Below, in pieces: positions 40,021-51,697 of a DNA stretch of 64,000 bases. The notes under the pieces were generated by a model. It was given only the letters and a program-made list of their open reading frames with translations, was not told where the DNA came from and did not search any database. Source of the DNA: a virus (lineage: Duplodnaviria > Caudoviricetes); IMG/VR virus record IMGVR_UViG_3300021387_000075, one strand, 5' to 3'. Position 1 is the stretch's first letter; each line of letters starts with the position of its first letter. A program made the position numbers and the translations under genes.

Positions 40021-42447
40021 TTATAAATGACCATTTAAGATATCAATTATATCAATCATACCAGCAAGAAATGTAATCTAAATCTAGACTGATTTAGAAT
40101 TAGCTGCGAACGTTTCCGCCCACTAAGATTGTTTAGTGGTTACAACATCGTTTGATGTTCTAGTACCGATTTCATTTTTTTCAGAAACATTATTAATGAT
40201 ATTTGCGCGCGAGCCATTACTTTTTTTATTAAAAGCTTCTGTTCCTTTTAAATATTCACTATCTAATTGTGAATATGCATCTAATAATCCATTATATGTT
40301 AATTGTAATATAAAGGATGAAGGATAGTAATTTCCATTTAAATAATATAAATGTAGAAATTTTGAACCATTATAGCTAGACAAACGATAGCGTTCATCTA
40401 ACTATTTTCGTAGATATACAGCTTGCTATCCCGCATCATCAAACATCAACATAACTGCTACCGTAGATAAAATATTTTCTATTGGCTCTTTATAATCAGA
40501 GCCAATTAAACCGGCTCCTGCATTATAAATTGCAAAAGTTAGCCATTCAACGTCTGGAAATGAAATACCGCCATACTAAAACATTTTCTAGATATTTTCT
40601 AATTGATGCTCTACAGTTCCACCAATTGATCCACCGTGAAATCCATGTTTATTGTCATATTTATTATAGCTTTTTACAGTTGAGCCGATAGAAACGGAAT
40701 TTTTTAAATTAGAAAGTACCGATTGAATTTCATCTACCTTTACTCCTTTTCTTTTTAACTATGCGGTAATCTATTCAATTTCTTTTTCTTTTATTGCTAA
40801 TCTTCTCATGGTTTCTGCTTCAATTGAAAATTCCTATGATCCAAATTTTTTATCTTGTCGAAAAGTTTTTTCATTAAATTTTATATTTTTACTATTAATA
40901 TCAACATCGGTAATTTCTAGAGAATCCATATAATTTTTTGTAATTTGCTAAGCAATATAAGCCCAGTCAACATTCTGTGGAATTAAGGCCACCTTTCCGA
41001 TTTCTATACCCGCAACGTCGGCTTTTTGTGTCCCAAAGGTTAAAAATATTGCACGTAACTGTCCAATAAGCGTTGGAGCTTTATTTAATGTCCAACTTGA
41101 AAAGCCTTCTGAAATTATATTGTCTTTCGCTGCTATTTGTACCTTAACCAATTTTTGATTTTTAATTAATTCATTAGCAATTCCAACAATTTCTTGTGCA
41201 TTCCATTTTTTAGCTTTTATTTTTATTGGTTTGTTACGATAAGTTTCAGAAAGAGCCTGAAAAAGATTGTCTTTGGTCCAAACTTTTTTATTACTAACGG
41301 AAGTTTTTTTCTTGTTTTTTGCTAGTATTGACTATATTAAATTAATAATATCTTGTGAGAGATTATTGATTGAATGTCCATCATCACCGACGGATAGCGA
41401 TATATCATTTTTAACTTCTTTTATAATTCTATCTGTAGATAACGTAAGCTGCTACTCTGCTTTTAATAAAGTTTCTGCTTCTCCTTTTAACGAAGTTAAT
41501 AAATGGCGTTCTAAGGCCATACTGGTAGTTTCTCCAGGCTAAATATCTAATTTATCTAAAAATGTTCGTACAAAATTATCTACTTCTGTCTAATTTAATG
41601 TTACTTTATATTCTTTTTCATCAAAATAGCTAGTTAACATACCCTAACTTTCCGTTAATATTTCCTAAATTAAATATGCAGTTACCTATTGTTCATACCC
41701 TTTTAAACCAGTATTTAAAACCGCATTTTCGATCTATGTGCGAAAATCAGTATTATTCCAAATTTTATTATAAATGGAATTAAATTGATTTTGAATAGTA
41801 TTTGCCATAGTTTTAGTATTAAATCCAAATTGCTAATCCGCCCTAGAGATCCACTTTTTATCATCTCTAGCTCCTTCAATTAAAAATTGGCGAAAGGCAA
41901 CATAAAAACTAGAATCTTTATATTCTAAGAGATTCGTTTCTTTATTTTTAATCTAAATTGTATAAGTTCCATCTGGATTTTGAGTATAATGTTTATGAAA
42001 TTCATCATATAATTCCTATAATTTGGTTAAACGTTTTGATTCATATTCTAAATTTTTTTTATAATTATCTAATCCAGTATAATATTCATTAATCATATTT
42101 ATAAAAGCAACATAATCAATAGTTCCTTCAGTAGAAAGAATATCAGAGCAACGTTTTCTAATCCCGGGTGTTAACTTATCATTATTTGCGATATTAGTTA
42201 TAAAATATTCACGTTCATTCTTCTATTCATTTTCAATCATGGCTTTCAAAAAATCCATAGCTCCTTTAATAATTTCTAGCCCTTCATCATTATCTGGCGT
42301 TATTGAATTAAGATTAGAAGCGAGAACGCTTTTAACAGCATTGCCTAGTTCCGTACCTTCTAAAGATTTAAAGAAAAAATATCGACTACCAGTTGTAACA
42401 CTACTCTCTGGGAAATATACATCAAAATATTGTTTATTTTCAGGCAT
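40021..42447 (-). CDS. large hypothetical protein, 808 aa (23 in-frame TAG)
   Basis: GGAGGGAG RBS and ATG at 42447; no TAA/TGA in frame until 40021; joins track fragments 42223..42501, 40948..41151 and 40123..40383. Confidence 0.9.
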
Positions 42448-42516
42448 ACTCTCCCTCCCATTAAAAAAATAAAGCCATTCTTTCGAATAGCTTCTCCTCA
42501 AAGATAAGTCCTAATA

Positions 42517-43386
42517 TTATAATTGAATTACTTCAAATTGTTCAATATCATGATTTTTTATTTCTTTATTTTCAAATTCTGTGTCCCTAAATCCAATTAC
42601 TTGCATAGTTAAACAATTTAAAACATACAGTCTTCCATTATTATAAGTCCCAACATCCATATCTAATTTCTTCCCAGTCCATTTATCGTCTAAAAATCCA
42701 GTATAAAGACATGGATGAGCATTTGCCTTACTTTTATCTTTCCCGTAATATTTCGTGGGTAAATAATAAGTTGGAGTATGCCCATAAATACATACACGAT
42801 TCGGCGTCCAGCTCATCCCTAAATAGTTTCGATCCCAAAGAAGTAACTCTGCATCTTCCTTATCTGGTATTTCACCTTCATATTCATCATTAGCAACGCT
42901 TTGAAAAATCTTATAATTCGCGCCCGCATGACAGAAGTCAAAAGGCTGGGAATCCAAGCTAAAAGTTAAGGGCAATTTCGCAATCTCCGATACGAAATTA
43001 TTGGGCATCCCATCCATCATCCAATCAATGAGAGTTGGCATACCGCCATTATAAATGGCTAGTTGTACTTGGGATGCAGCATTATCTTTGGTGAATAAAG
43101 AATATAAATATGCCTTAACAGTTTCTAGTTCAAGCGGCCCCTTATAATCATTTAAAATAAAGCGTGCGGCCGCGACAAACATATCTTCATGATTGCCTTT
43201 AAGATATACTACTTGTGGATTATCAAGTAGTTCGCGCATAATCTTATATCCATCGGACCCGCGGTCGCAGGCATCGCCGCCATAAATAATCATACTCTCT
43301 GGATCTTGCTTTAAGCAATAATCTATTGCGGCTTTATATAACTGATAATATCCATGCACGTCTGTAAAATAAAATATATCATGCAT
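42517..43386 (-). CDS. metallophosphoesterase (Ser/Thr phosphatase-like)
   Basis: DVHG, GDACDRG, KGNHE, CHAG, GHTP. Confidence 0.9.
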   Translation of the reverse strand: MHDIFYFTDVHGYYQLYKAAIDYCLKQDPESMIIYGGDACDRGSDGYKIMRELLDNPQVVYLKGNHEDMFVAAARFILNDYKGPLELETVKAYLYSLFTKDNAASQVQLAIYNGGMPTLIDWMMDGMPNNFVSEIAKLPLTFSLDSQPFDFCHAGANYKIFQSVANDEYEGEIPDKEDAELLLWDRNYLGMSWTPNRVCIYGHTPTYYLPTKYYGKDKSKANAHPCLYTGFLDDKWTGKKLDMDVGTYNNGRLYVLNCLTMQVIGFRDTEFENKEIKNHDIEQFEVIQL

Positions 43387-44323
43387 TACTTTTCTTCTCC
43401 TTCCATTTCTGTATTTCTTCCCATTGTGTTTCATCATCCAGAGAAGAACGTGGTACAACAGCCATTAGGCTAAATGTAAAAATCAATACCAAAATCGCGC
43501 CCGCAATAATGACCCAAATCATAATCTGCCTCCCAATAAATCTTCTCTTATAAAATAGGGTGTATTAAGCCCAATGAAAATACACGCTTAATACACCCAG
43601 CATAATTAGTATTACATTTGTAGTAATTACATTACGGTCTGGTTCTTTTGACCATAAGTCAATTAGAATCCATAGTAGTAAAGTAAAGATACAAATAAAC
43701 ATTATCATACTCATGTATTTTCTAACTTCCGAATCTTACGTTCTAGTTTATGTACGATACCACGATTTCCCTCGGGATCGCGCGAGTTCAGTAGATTGAT
43801 ACGGGCCTGATATTTCATAATTAGTGCTTCTTTATTCATTTAAACCTCCCACGGCAATGTACAGCCGTTTACTGCTTCCATTTTATTAAAAGGCATTTCT
43901 ATAATAGTAATGCCACCGCTAAATGTAATAGTACAAGTTTGTTTCAATTTATCGTAGCGTTCAATCTTAGCCATTGCTACGCCGCCGGGGATATGCGCCC
44001 AAGCATACCATATTACATTCATTGATTCTCCAAAAGCGCAATAGCGCTATTATATGCGTCTAATAGGGTTTCTTGTTCTTGAACTAAGTCGCATTCGCCG
44101 CAATTGCGGTCGCAATCACGGCTAATGCACTCACGTTCAATTTTAAGAATGCGAATTACTTCGTTTTTCGTCATCTATATTCTCCTTTAAAGGACAATCT
44201 TCCGGTTCTATGTTATTCCAATATTCCCAATCTATAAAGCGCGATGTTTTTATACACATAACAAAATTACCAAATTGATCTTTAAAGTATGAGCATTTAT
44301 CACATTTATTCATCATTTATTCC

Positions 44324-45553
44324 TTATCCATGATATTTCAGCAAGAAGTTGTTGCTTACTGCCTTGAAGGATCGAGTACCATCGAGAGAACGGAATACAA
44401 TTCCTTCACGCGGCTTTCCATCTTTTACTGAGTTGCCATCTGCATAAGCAAGAATGGCATCAACATCTGCAAACTGGTTAATTTTCATAGACTCTTCGAT
44501 TACCGGCACGCAGGGAATACCTTTGGGTTCGAGGTATGCTTTCATTTCCATAGTGCCATAACGACCGTGACTAGAAGTAATAAGGTTAAATGCGGCAAAG
44601 TCATGACCTTCAAGAGAGTAATCACGCTTCTGGATACTGGCGCCATAAGTTTCACCCTGAATAGTTACCCATTCATCTTTCGGGAAAGTATAGGTCAGCA
44701 AGTAATCAAGAATTTTATACATGTCATACTTCTTAGCCATTTCCCAATATACATTGGTATCATAATAGCAAGGCTTAGTTTCTTCACCAAAGCATACATT
44801 GCGCGAGCATACGTAGAAGTTCTTCTTGCCGAACTTACCGCGCTTCATAGTGAAAGTAGTGCTCGTACCATCAATCTTCTCGGTCGCAATCCAATCATCG
44901 GGATCGTTCAGAATCCAAGGCATATTCTGAATACGCTCTTCATCAGTCTTGGAAACCCAGCTCGGCCATCCGTTCTTTTTATCTTTTTTCTTTCCGAAGA
45001 AGAAGAACATAACCTTACGACCCCATTCACGACGCATCATCCAACGCGCCCAAGGCTTTTTAAACAGAGAAGCATGACGCTGGGTCATTTTCTTATACTT
45101 ATCTACCGGTGCGGCCTTACGAGCATTATCCTCATCATCGGCATAAGTTACTCCCAGTTTCTTAGTCAGAAAGCGGGATTCATCAGTTACATAATGAGGT
45201 TTGCCTTCGTCATCAACAATTACTGAATGATCATCCATAGCACTATTTTCAGTAGTCCAACCAAAATCAGACGGATGCATAAGCAAACCCTGAGAAATAG
45301 TTTTGCACATCTTTAAAGTCTTAACTTTGTAGTTGCGCTTTTCAAGGAAGGCAAAACACTCCTTGTCAGAAGGCACGCGCGAATCAATTTCAAAATAAAT
45401 AGCGGGATCGCCGACCTTAAACTGATCTTTCTGTACAATTACGCGCCAACCACCAACGATAGCGTGTTCTACACGGTCATAGCCAGGAATTGGTTCAATT
45501 CCATCAATCAGAACCACATAGGCAAGTTCGCGCTCGGAATTTTTATTCAGCAT
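44324..45553 (-). CDS. ATP-dependent RNA ligase (Rnl2/DRB0094-like, N-terminal OB-like domain)
   Basis: YFEIDS, SQGLL, KTDEERIQN, EKIDGTS, CSRN, QGETYG, REGIVFR, FKAVS. Confidence 0.88.
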   Translation of the reverse strand: MLNKNSERELAYVVLIDGIEPIPGYDRVEHAIVGGWRVIVQKDQFKVGDPAIYFEIDSRVPSDKECFAFLEKRNYKVKTLKMCKTISQGLLMHPSDFGWTTENSAMDDHSVIVDDEGKPHYVTDESRFLTKKLGVTYADDEDNARKAAPVDKYKKMTQRHASLFKKPWARWMMRREWGRKVMFFFFGKKKDKKNGWPSWVSKTDEERIQNMPWILNDPDDWIATEKIDGTSTTFTMKRGKFGKKNFYVCSRNVCFGEETKPCYYDTNVYWEMAKKYDMYKILDYLLTYTFPKDEWVTIQGETYGASIQKRDYSLEGHDFAAFNLITSSHGRYGTMEMKAYLEPKGIPCVPVIEESMKINQFADVDAILAYADGNSVKDGKPREGIVFRSLDGTRSFKAVSNNFLLKYHG

Positions 45554-45608
45554 TTAAATCATCCTTTCTCTTTCTTATATATTTATTATACCATAATTTT
45601 AGAAAATG

Positions 45609-46089
45609 TCAAGAATTATATTCTTCTAATTTCCAACCTTCGTCATCATCAAACCAAATAATTAGTATGACTTTATGCCCATCCTTCCATCCATGCACGT
45701 AATTACGCGCGCTATAAGCAGCGGAACAGATTTCTTCAATTTTATCCATACGGTTGGAATCAAGAACAACTTCGGATATTTTATCGTATAAATAATCTTT
45801 CATTTCATTACTCATTAAATATTTTCTCCTCATCTACAAAACCATGCTCATCTTCTGGATAGGGTAAATCAAAATAGAAAAATTCAGTATGACTGCCTAC
45901 ATCAAATACAGACTGCCCATCCTCATTCCAAATACGAGTATAGTATCTCTTAAATGGCCTTTTATTCGGCCATTTGTCATTCGCAGAAGTAATAAACCTA
46001 TCAATTTCAGTCATTACTTCTGCAAAAGTATTGCACTCTGCAATTTCTCGTCTCTTACCAAATGAATTACTGAACCACAGTTTCGCCAC
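45609..46089 (-). other. two small hypothetical ORFs (45609..45833, 45808..46089)
   Basis: Overlapping ORFs in the track. Confidence 0.6.
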
Positions 46090-46273
46090 TTCTATTCTCC
46101 TCTCTTACAATTCCATCATAGTCTAGCTATATTTTAGTTAAAATTTCAAATCTACATAGAGGACATGTGACATAAGAATTTCTATGTACATCCTCTGGCC
46201 TGTATCCAAGCAATGCGCCACAGTTATTACAGTGGCAAATCAATCCATTATAATAATTACTTAAAATCGTCAT
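46067..46273 (-). CDS. small Zn-ribbon protein (1 TAG)
   Basis: MTILSNYYNGLICHCNNCGALLGY...CPLCRFEILTKI*LDYDG; ATGA overlap with upstream gene. Confidence 0.65.
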
Positions 46274-47004
46274 ATAACTTTACAGTACCAAACAACGGTA
46301 CATTTCTCTCCGTTAATTTCTTTATGCGCCTTAACTTTCATCTTTAGCTTAATAGCCATACCAACCTCAAAATTTTTGGCGCCTGTTTCCCATATATAAG
46401 TATTGCCTTCGGCATCGCGCATAAAATGTGTATGCTTTTCACCAAAGTGGTCTTCGCGCGTGAAATTTTCTTTGACCGTGACTTCTTTTTCGAGCCACGT
46501 ATTTTCTTGCCCTTGGTAGGTACTATTACTTGTGAGAGGCTGTATGCTAATAAGGCTATTGATAAGCTTGGCAACTTCTTCATGCGGCTTCATCCTATCA
46601 TCGTGATCCATTACTTGTTCCCATTTTAATTGAATAGGTTCAATGCCAGTTAAAACTTCGGGCGTGGGAAATTTACTAGGAGTATAATAACCAAAAGTAA
46701 GATTACGCCAAATATTAGTACGGTCATTCTCCGCCCACCTCTCTACCAAATTTTTGTCACCTTTATAAATGGTGATATAGCCCTTTTCGTCAAAGCCGAA
46801 AGCGTGGCGCGCATTGAAGTCCATTACATCATTTTTCTTAGGCTCAATTCCCGCTTTGCGGTCCTGCGCTGCGCGTTCCGCTTCTGTATACCAGCGTACT
46901 TTTTTATTGCCGTTCGGCATCATAACATAAACATACATACGACCATTTTCTTTAAAAGGTTCTCCATCTAGACTATATTTATCATAAGAACGTGCGGTTG
47001 GCAT
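46270..47004 (-). CDS. hypothetical protein with C-terminal OB-like domain
   Basis: 244-aa ORF with own promoter at ~47029-47056. Confidence 0.75.
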   Translation of the reverse strand: MPTARSYDKYSLDGEPFKENGRMYVYVMMPNGNKKVRWYTEAERAAQDRKAGIEPKKNDVMDFNARHAFGFDEKGYITIYKGDKNLVERWAENDRTNIWRNLTFGYYTPSKFPTPEVLTGIEPIQLKWEQVMDHDDRMKPHEEVAKLINSLISIQPLTSNSTYQGQENTWLEKEVTVKENFTREDHFGEKHTHFMRDAEGNTYIWETGAKNFEVGMAIKLKMKVKAHKEINGEKCTVVWYCKVI

Positions 47005-47274
47005 TTTTCTCTCCCCTTTCTATAAAAATTATATCATAAATTTAAAAAAAGTCAAATGGTTATGAAGCCATTTGACAGAGGTAAAATTTAGATATGTTTT
47101 CGGGCGCGTTGTCAAGAAAATCAAGGAACGGAATCATATAAACAATCTTTGGGTCTTCTAAAATATATACGCATCTTATCTGTTCAACGAGCGGATTTCC
47201 ATCTTTCGCAAGCTACATTCCTTGTTTGATAATGGCAGGAATATCTTCTAAGTTCATAGATCTTTTAGTCCATG

Positions 47275-47877
47275 TCATTTATTAGCCCTCCAAACCTCTT
47301 GAATATAGCCAGTTTTAATTAGGGTTTCTGGGGTCATGGTTAATAGTCCAGTAGGACAACCGCTCAGCATATGATTATCCGCGAACTCCAAATCGGAAAA
47401 AATAATATCAAGCATTTTCTTATTTTTCTCATTCATTGCGCTAGAACCATGGTCACGTTCATGAAGCCACCATGCGCGTTCATTGCTATATGAAAACATA
47501 TCTCCACTATAGGCCCGACCAGCCGCAAGAAAGTCACAAACTAATTCTACAAAATCGTTACAGGGCATGGGATAGACTATAAAGCCTTCGCTAAAATTAT
47601 CTGCCCAATAAGCCCAATGATGAGAGTTGCGGCCGCGATGATGAAGCCATGCGCGAGAATAACCCTGTTGTTTCTTAGCTTCATTTATTGGAGAACTAGT
47701 TCCAGTCCAATAACGAGCGGATTCAAAAAATTCAGTAGGCGAGTATTTTGATAAATCATGCTTCAATCCGCGCCAGCGGATACCCGCAAGATTACAATAG
47801 TACCTAACCCATTTTCTATGAGTACGAATTGTTTTCCAATGGCCTAGAATATTATGCAATGTTAATTTCGGTCTCAT
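47275..47877 (-). CDS. DUF5662-like HD-type protein
   Basis: HDLSKYSPTEF, AWLHHRGRNSHHW, ELVCD. Confidence 0.75.
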   Translation of the reverse strand: MRPKLTLHNILGHWKTIRTHRKWVRYYCNLAGIRWRGLKHDLSKYSPTEFFESARYWTGTSSPINEAKKQQGYSRAWLHHRGRNSHHWAYWADNFSEGFIVYPMPCNDFVELVCDFLAAGRAYSGDMFSYSNERAWWLHERDHGSSAMNEKNKKMLDIIFSDLEFADNHMLSGCPTGLLTMTPETLIKTGYIQEVWRANK

Positions 47878-47880
47878 ATC

Positions 47881-48819
47881 TTACTCCGTTTTTATGTTAA
47901 TATAATTTAATACTTCTTTCATTCCTAATCCGCCTTCATCCCAAGGCTTCATACAATATTCCCATAGTTTGGGATGAGTCTTTTTAAGCAGCTGAAAGCG
48001 ATTAGGTTCTTTTTCCATATGACATCCAAAGGCGCAGAAGATACATCCAGTTCTGTCTTCTCCCGTAGTTTCTAATTTACCTTTACGGTTTCTCTTAATA
48101 TCGCCATAAACTGGCGCGTAAGGGATATTCTTTTCTTGGATATACTTTAAAATATCCTGCTCTGTCCAAAAAGATAAGGGCCGACTGATAGGTTCATCGG
48201 TATTGAAGGCATTACATCCTTGCTGTAACCATACATTGCGCCGACTAATTGATTCTTCCGCAAGAGTGCCAATGATTGGATAGCGGCCAGTCTCTCTATG
48301 GTATTTATGCGCTGGCTGTTTCTTCATTACATCGCAGCAATAATCACTAATTTTAAATGGCGCATCTACCAAATAAGCCCATTTGCCATCTCCAAAACCA
48401 AAAGTTTTAGTTGGTATTTCTCCTCGTAAGGTTTTCGCGCGAACAGAATTAGGATCGCGCTTAGCGGTATAAACATATCCGGCAATTTTTTTACTCACAA
48501 TAGGATACCCAAATTCTTCAATTACTTGTCTAAAAGTGCGATTCGGACGTATAATTTCTACATTATCAAATGTTTTAACAAATTCTTTTACTTCTGGATA
48601 TTCAAGGCCAGTATCAAAAAATACTGCGGGAATGTCTGGATAAAGACTGCGTGCGATTGTTAATAATACAGTACTATCTTTCCCGCCTGAAAAAGATACA
48701 TATACATCGCCGCCAAAATGATCATAAAACTCTCTAATGCGTAGTTCTGTTTTTAAGATTTTAGCTTCCAGTGGTAATGACTAAAATTGTTTTAAATCAG
48801 TAGCAGTAAATAATGCCAT
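47881..48819 (-). CDS. PAPS-reductase-family (PP-loop) protein; TAG at codon 13
   Basis: MALFTATDLKQF*SLPLEAKI...YVSFSGGKDSTVLL...DTGLEYPE...CCDVMKK...RTGCIFC; the track captured only the C-terminal part. Confidence 0.9.
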
Positions 48820-49223
48820 TATTCTTCCCTCACTATATAATCAAAAGGTTGTTTGCGAAGCCATTGTTCGCTATACTTATTTACGTTATAGTAATAATAA
48901 TCTCCATCTGATACATATGCGTGCTCGATATTTTTATCAAACTCATCGCTTTGAATGAATTTAATATATTCCTCTTTTGGCATTAGATAGCCATACTGCG
49001 ACATCCAGTCTTCTACTGGTATTGCTTCAAGGAACAAATCATTGATTTCCGCATCGTGTAAATATGGTACTTCTTCGGCGTCCATATAATCCTTGGGAAT
49101 AACAAATACAAACAGCCCTTTTTCTGTAAGCTCTGGCGGCATTTGATTTGTCAGTTTTCCAACGTTCCATTGTCCTTCGTGCTTATATAGGACACGTTGT
49201 CCTGCATGAATTTTAATTTCCAT
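48819..49223 (-). CDS. hypothetical protein
   Basis: 134-aa ORF; TAATG coupling to the downstream gene. Confidence 0.7.
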   Translation of the reverse strand: MEIKIHAGQRVLYKHEGQWNVGKLTNQMPPELTEKGLFVFVIPKDYMDAEEVPYLHDAEINDLFLEAIPVEDWMSQYGYLMPKEEYIKFIQSDEFDKNIEHAYVSDGDYYYYNVNKYSEQWLRKQPFDYIVREE

Positions 49224-49974
49224 TAGATACCTCGTATTTTAAATATTCTTTAACTAATTGAACTTGAAATTGTTCAATTAGATTGAGTGCATATTTTTCT
49301 TCTTCCAATTGCGCCTTGGTGGGCACGAATGATGCTTTAATTTCATCTAGATAATTTGAAATAAGCTCACATCCACTATTATAATAATCTTCTTTCGCCG
49401 GGTCTTGATTGTTTTTTGCGGCTAGGGCTTCGATATGTTCGTCCAAGGGTAAATAAAACATTAAATGAGTTCGATGCTCTATATAATTATTTACCAAGTT
49501 TTTTAATCTTAAACTATGAGAATAGCGTTTGCCCGCGGACATATTACGTTTAGTGAGTTGATGAGCCATTCCGGCGCAAGCTCCAACCATATGAGTATAG
49601 TTAGCATAAAATATAGAATCATTTTTTAAAAAATCATATAACCCATATACCTAGCTAGGAAAGATTCTATATCTTGTATAAAAACATTCAACGCTATTTG
49701 GCGATGTCTTTTTTAATAGATTAAGCGCGAGACGGATATCTTTATACATACACTTGCCATTCTCTACTTCGTATTCTCCACTTTTGGGCGCGTCGCCACG
49801 CGCCAGTTCTTCAATAGTAGGAAGAATAAAAGTAAAAGTATCAATGTCACTATTCGGAGTTTCCAAGTTATAATTCTGCGAGCCAATCAGCAATGTCATA
49901 ATAGGTTTAAATCCTTTTTGCTTTATATAATCTTCGTGCTCGATCAATTGTTGTGTATATGTCTTTATATGCAT
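49213..49974 (-). CDS. Pol-beta-superfamily nucleotidyltransferase (RlaP/Nuc-transf-like); one TAG at 49651
   Basis: GSQNYNLETPNSDIDT, DIR, SPNSVE; track ORFs 49651..49974 and 49213..49590 are in frame across a single TAG. Confidence 0.8.
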
Positions 49975-50061
49975 CTTTATCCTCCTTTTAAATAATTATA
50001 TCATAAAAAAAAAGAAAAGTCAAGCATTTGAATGCTTGACTTTAAAGAGGAGATGATTTTT

Positions 50062-51549
50062 TTATAGGATGCTATGAATTACTTCATATCTATCACTATT
50101 TAACTTCTCAAGGCACAAATCCCAACCATCCTTGCCGCTAAGGATACATTCAATCATGTTGGGCGAGAAGCCACTAACATAAGAGAATCCGGGGCCAATA
50201 GCGGGAATGTTGTTATTGCGCGCATTAAGATTCCAAAAGATTACACGAGGTAATACATAACCATGATTGCGCCACTTACGAGCCTGCGCTTCGATTACCG
50301 TCTCAACGTCACGCCGCGAATGGAGGCTAGGACCAGTCCATCTATCGACAGTAGTAGATCCGGTAGTAAATGCCTGATCAAACTCCATATCACTGAAGAT
50401 ATAAAGAGTACGCGGCATATCCTGTCCGCTAACATGGTTCTTAATTGCGGTACGCAGCATCAAATCGAAAGCGGCTTCGATATTAGTCGTGCCGCCCCAA
50501 TCAGCTTCACGAGCGCGATTAAACTTATCGTACAGATCAATACCTCCAAACTCAACCAACGCAGGGCTGTTGCTAAAGGTAATGAAATGATTATGGAAGG
50601 GCCCTTTACCACGCTCGGCGACATAGGCTCCCAGAGAAACTGCGGCCTCCATAGGAGTTCCATTCATACTACCGCTGACATCAACAATGGCAATTCCGGG
50701 TTCTTCTTTGCCATGGTAGTAATCAGGCAGATTTTCCCAATACTTATCCCAAACCTGGCGCTCAGCCTTACTTGGCCTCCAATTGTTAAAAATCTGATGC
50801 GCGATATCAACAGGGTTAAGCGTGGCCGCATTAACCTTAGTCTGCTTGCTAGCCATAAACTGAGCATAACGATCGCGGGTTTCCTCACGACGGATAAAGG
50901 CGCCCTTATACATTAGGCCAGCCTTAGATGGCAGATGCTCAAAGGCAATCTGGTCCCATTCATTCTGGCTCATAAGAGTTTCAACCAGATGGCAATCCTT
51001 TCGTCCCTCTGAGAGCATCTTACGATACGCGCGAGGAGACATATGGAAAGCTTCACGAGTCTTGCGCGCGAAACGCTTAGACTCAGCGGAAGAACAGTTT
51101 TCACTCTTCAACCACTTATATACCAGATGATCCTGGCTGTACTGAATTATCTTATACAGATAATCAAACATATCCTGTTCGCAAGGAGTATTCTCCAAGA
51201 CAAACAGGTCATCATAGCGCCCATACATAGCAACGAAAGGAATCAGATGAGTCGCTTCCAAGCTATATTCCTGCGCCAACCACTTATAGCATACGCGGAA
51301 AAAGCGACGCTCACCCTGTCCGCCACGGCAATCGCGCAGATAAAATAGGCACTTCAGGGCGAGAGTAGCATCTTCCTGATATGCCTTCTTGAACATAAGG
51401 ATAACATCTTCGTCAGAGCGATTACGCATAGAACCGCCCATAGCAAACATATCCAGTACCGCATTAAGGGTAGAGTTATGCTTAACACCGCCCTTTTCGG
51501 TATAGCCATAATTAGTATCGTTCTTCATTGCCTTTAAAAATTCGTTCAT
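50062..51549 (-). CDS. DUF2828 TROVE/Ro60-like protein with C-terminal vWA domain
   Basis: LFYLRDCRGGQGERRFF, YGRYDDL, KWLKSE, vWA MIDAS DVSGSM, GTTNIEA, FSDMEFD, IFWNL, VSGFSP. Confidence 0.85.
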   Translation of the reverse strand: MNEFLKAMKNDTNYGYTEKGGVKHNSTLNAVLDMFAMGGSMRNRSDEDVILMFKKAYQEDATLALKCLFYLRDCRGGQGERRFFRVCYKWLAQEYSLEATHLIPFVAMYGRYDDLFVLENTPCEQDMFDYLYKIIQYSQDHLVYKWLKSENCSSAESKRFARKTREAFHMSPRAYRKMLSEGRKDCHLVETLMSQNEWDQIAFEHLPSKAGLMYKGAFIRREETRDRYAQFMASKQTKVNAATLNPVDIAHQIFNNWRPSKAERQVWDKYWENLPDYYHGKEEPGIAIVDVSGSMNGTPMEAAVSLGAYVAERGKGPFHNHFITFSNSPALVEFGGIDLYDKFNRAREADWGGTTNIEAAFDLMLRTAIKNHVSGQDMPRTLYIFSDMEFDQAFTTGSTTVDRWTGPSLHSRRDVETVIEAQARKWRNHGYVLPRVIFWNLNARNNNIPAIGPGFSYVSGFSPNMIECILSGKDGWDLCLEKLNSDRYEVIHSIL

Positions 51550-51668
51550 TTTCTTTCTCCTTTTCATCTTGACCGTTGTCACGGTTGTAGGTTTTACGGT
51601 AGCCGCATGTTTCTATACACTTAGAACAAGGACTACCAATTAAACATTTCTTATCTTCTAACATAATT

Positions 51669-51697
51669 ATTATAACTCAATTTTGGAAAGAAGTCAA
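51669..51697 (-). promoter_or_regulatory. sigma70-type promoter for DUF2828 gene (about 110-nt leader)
   Basis: TTGACT-N17-TATAAT. Confidence 0.7.

Noticed and set aside
39502-42447. Pseudogene or decayed region interpretation of the fragmented ORFs
   Set aside because: All interruptions are TAG in a single frame, with no frameshifts or TAA/TGA, which indicates recoding rather than decay.
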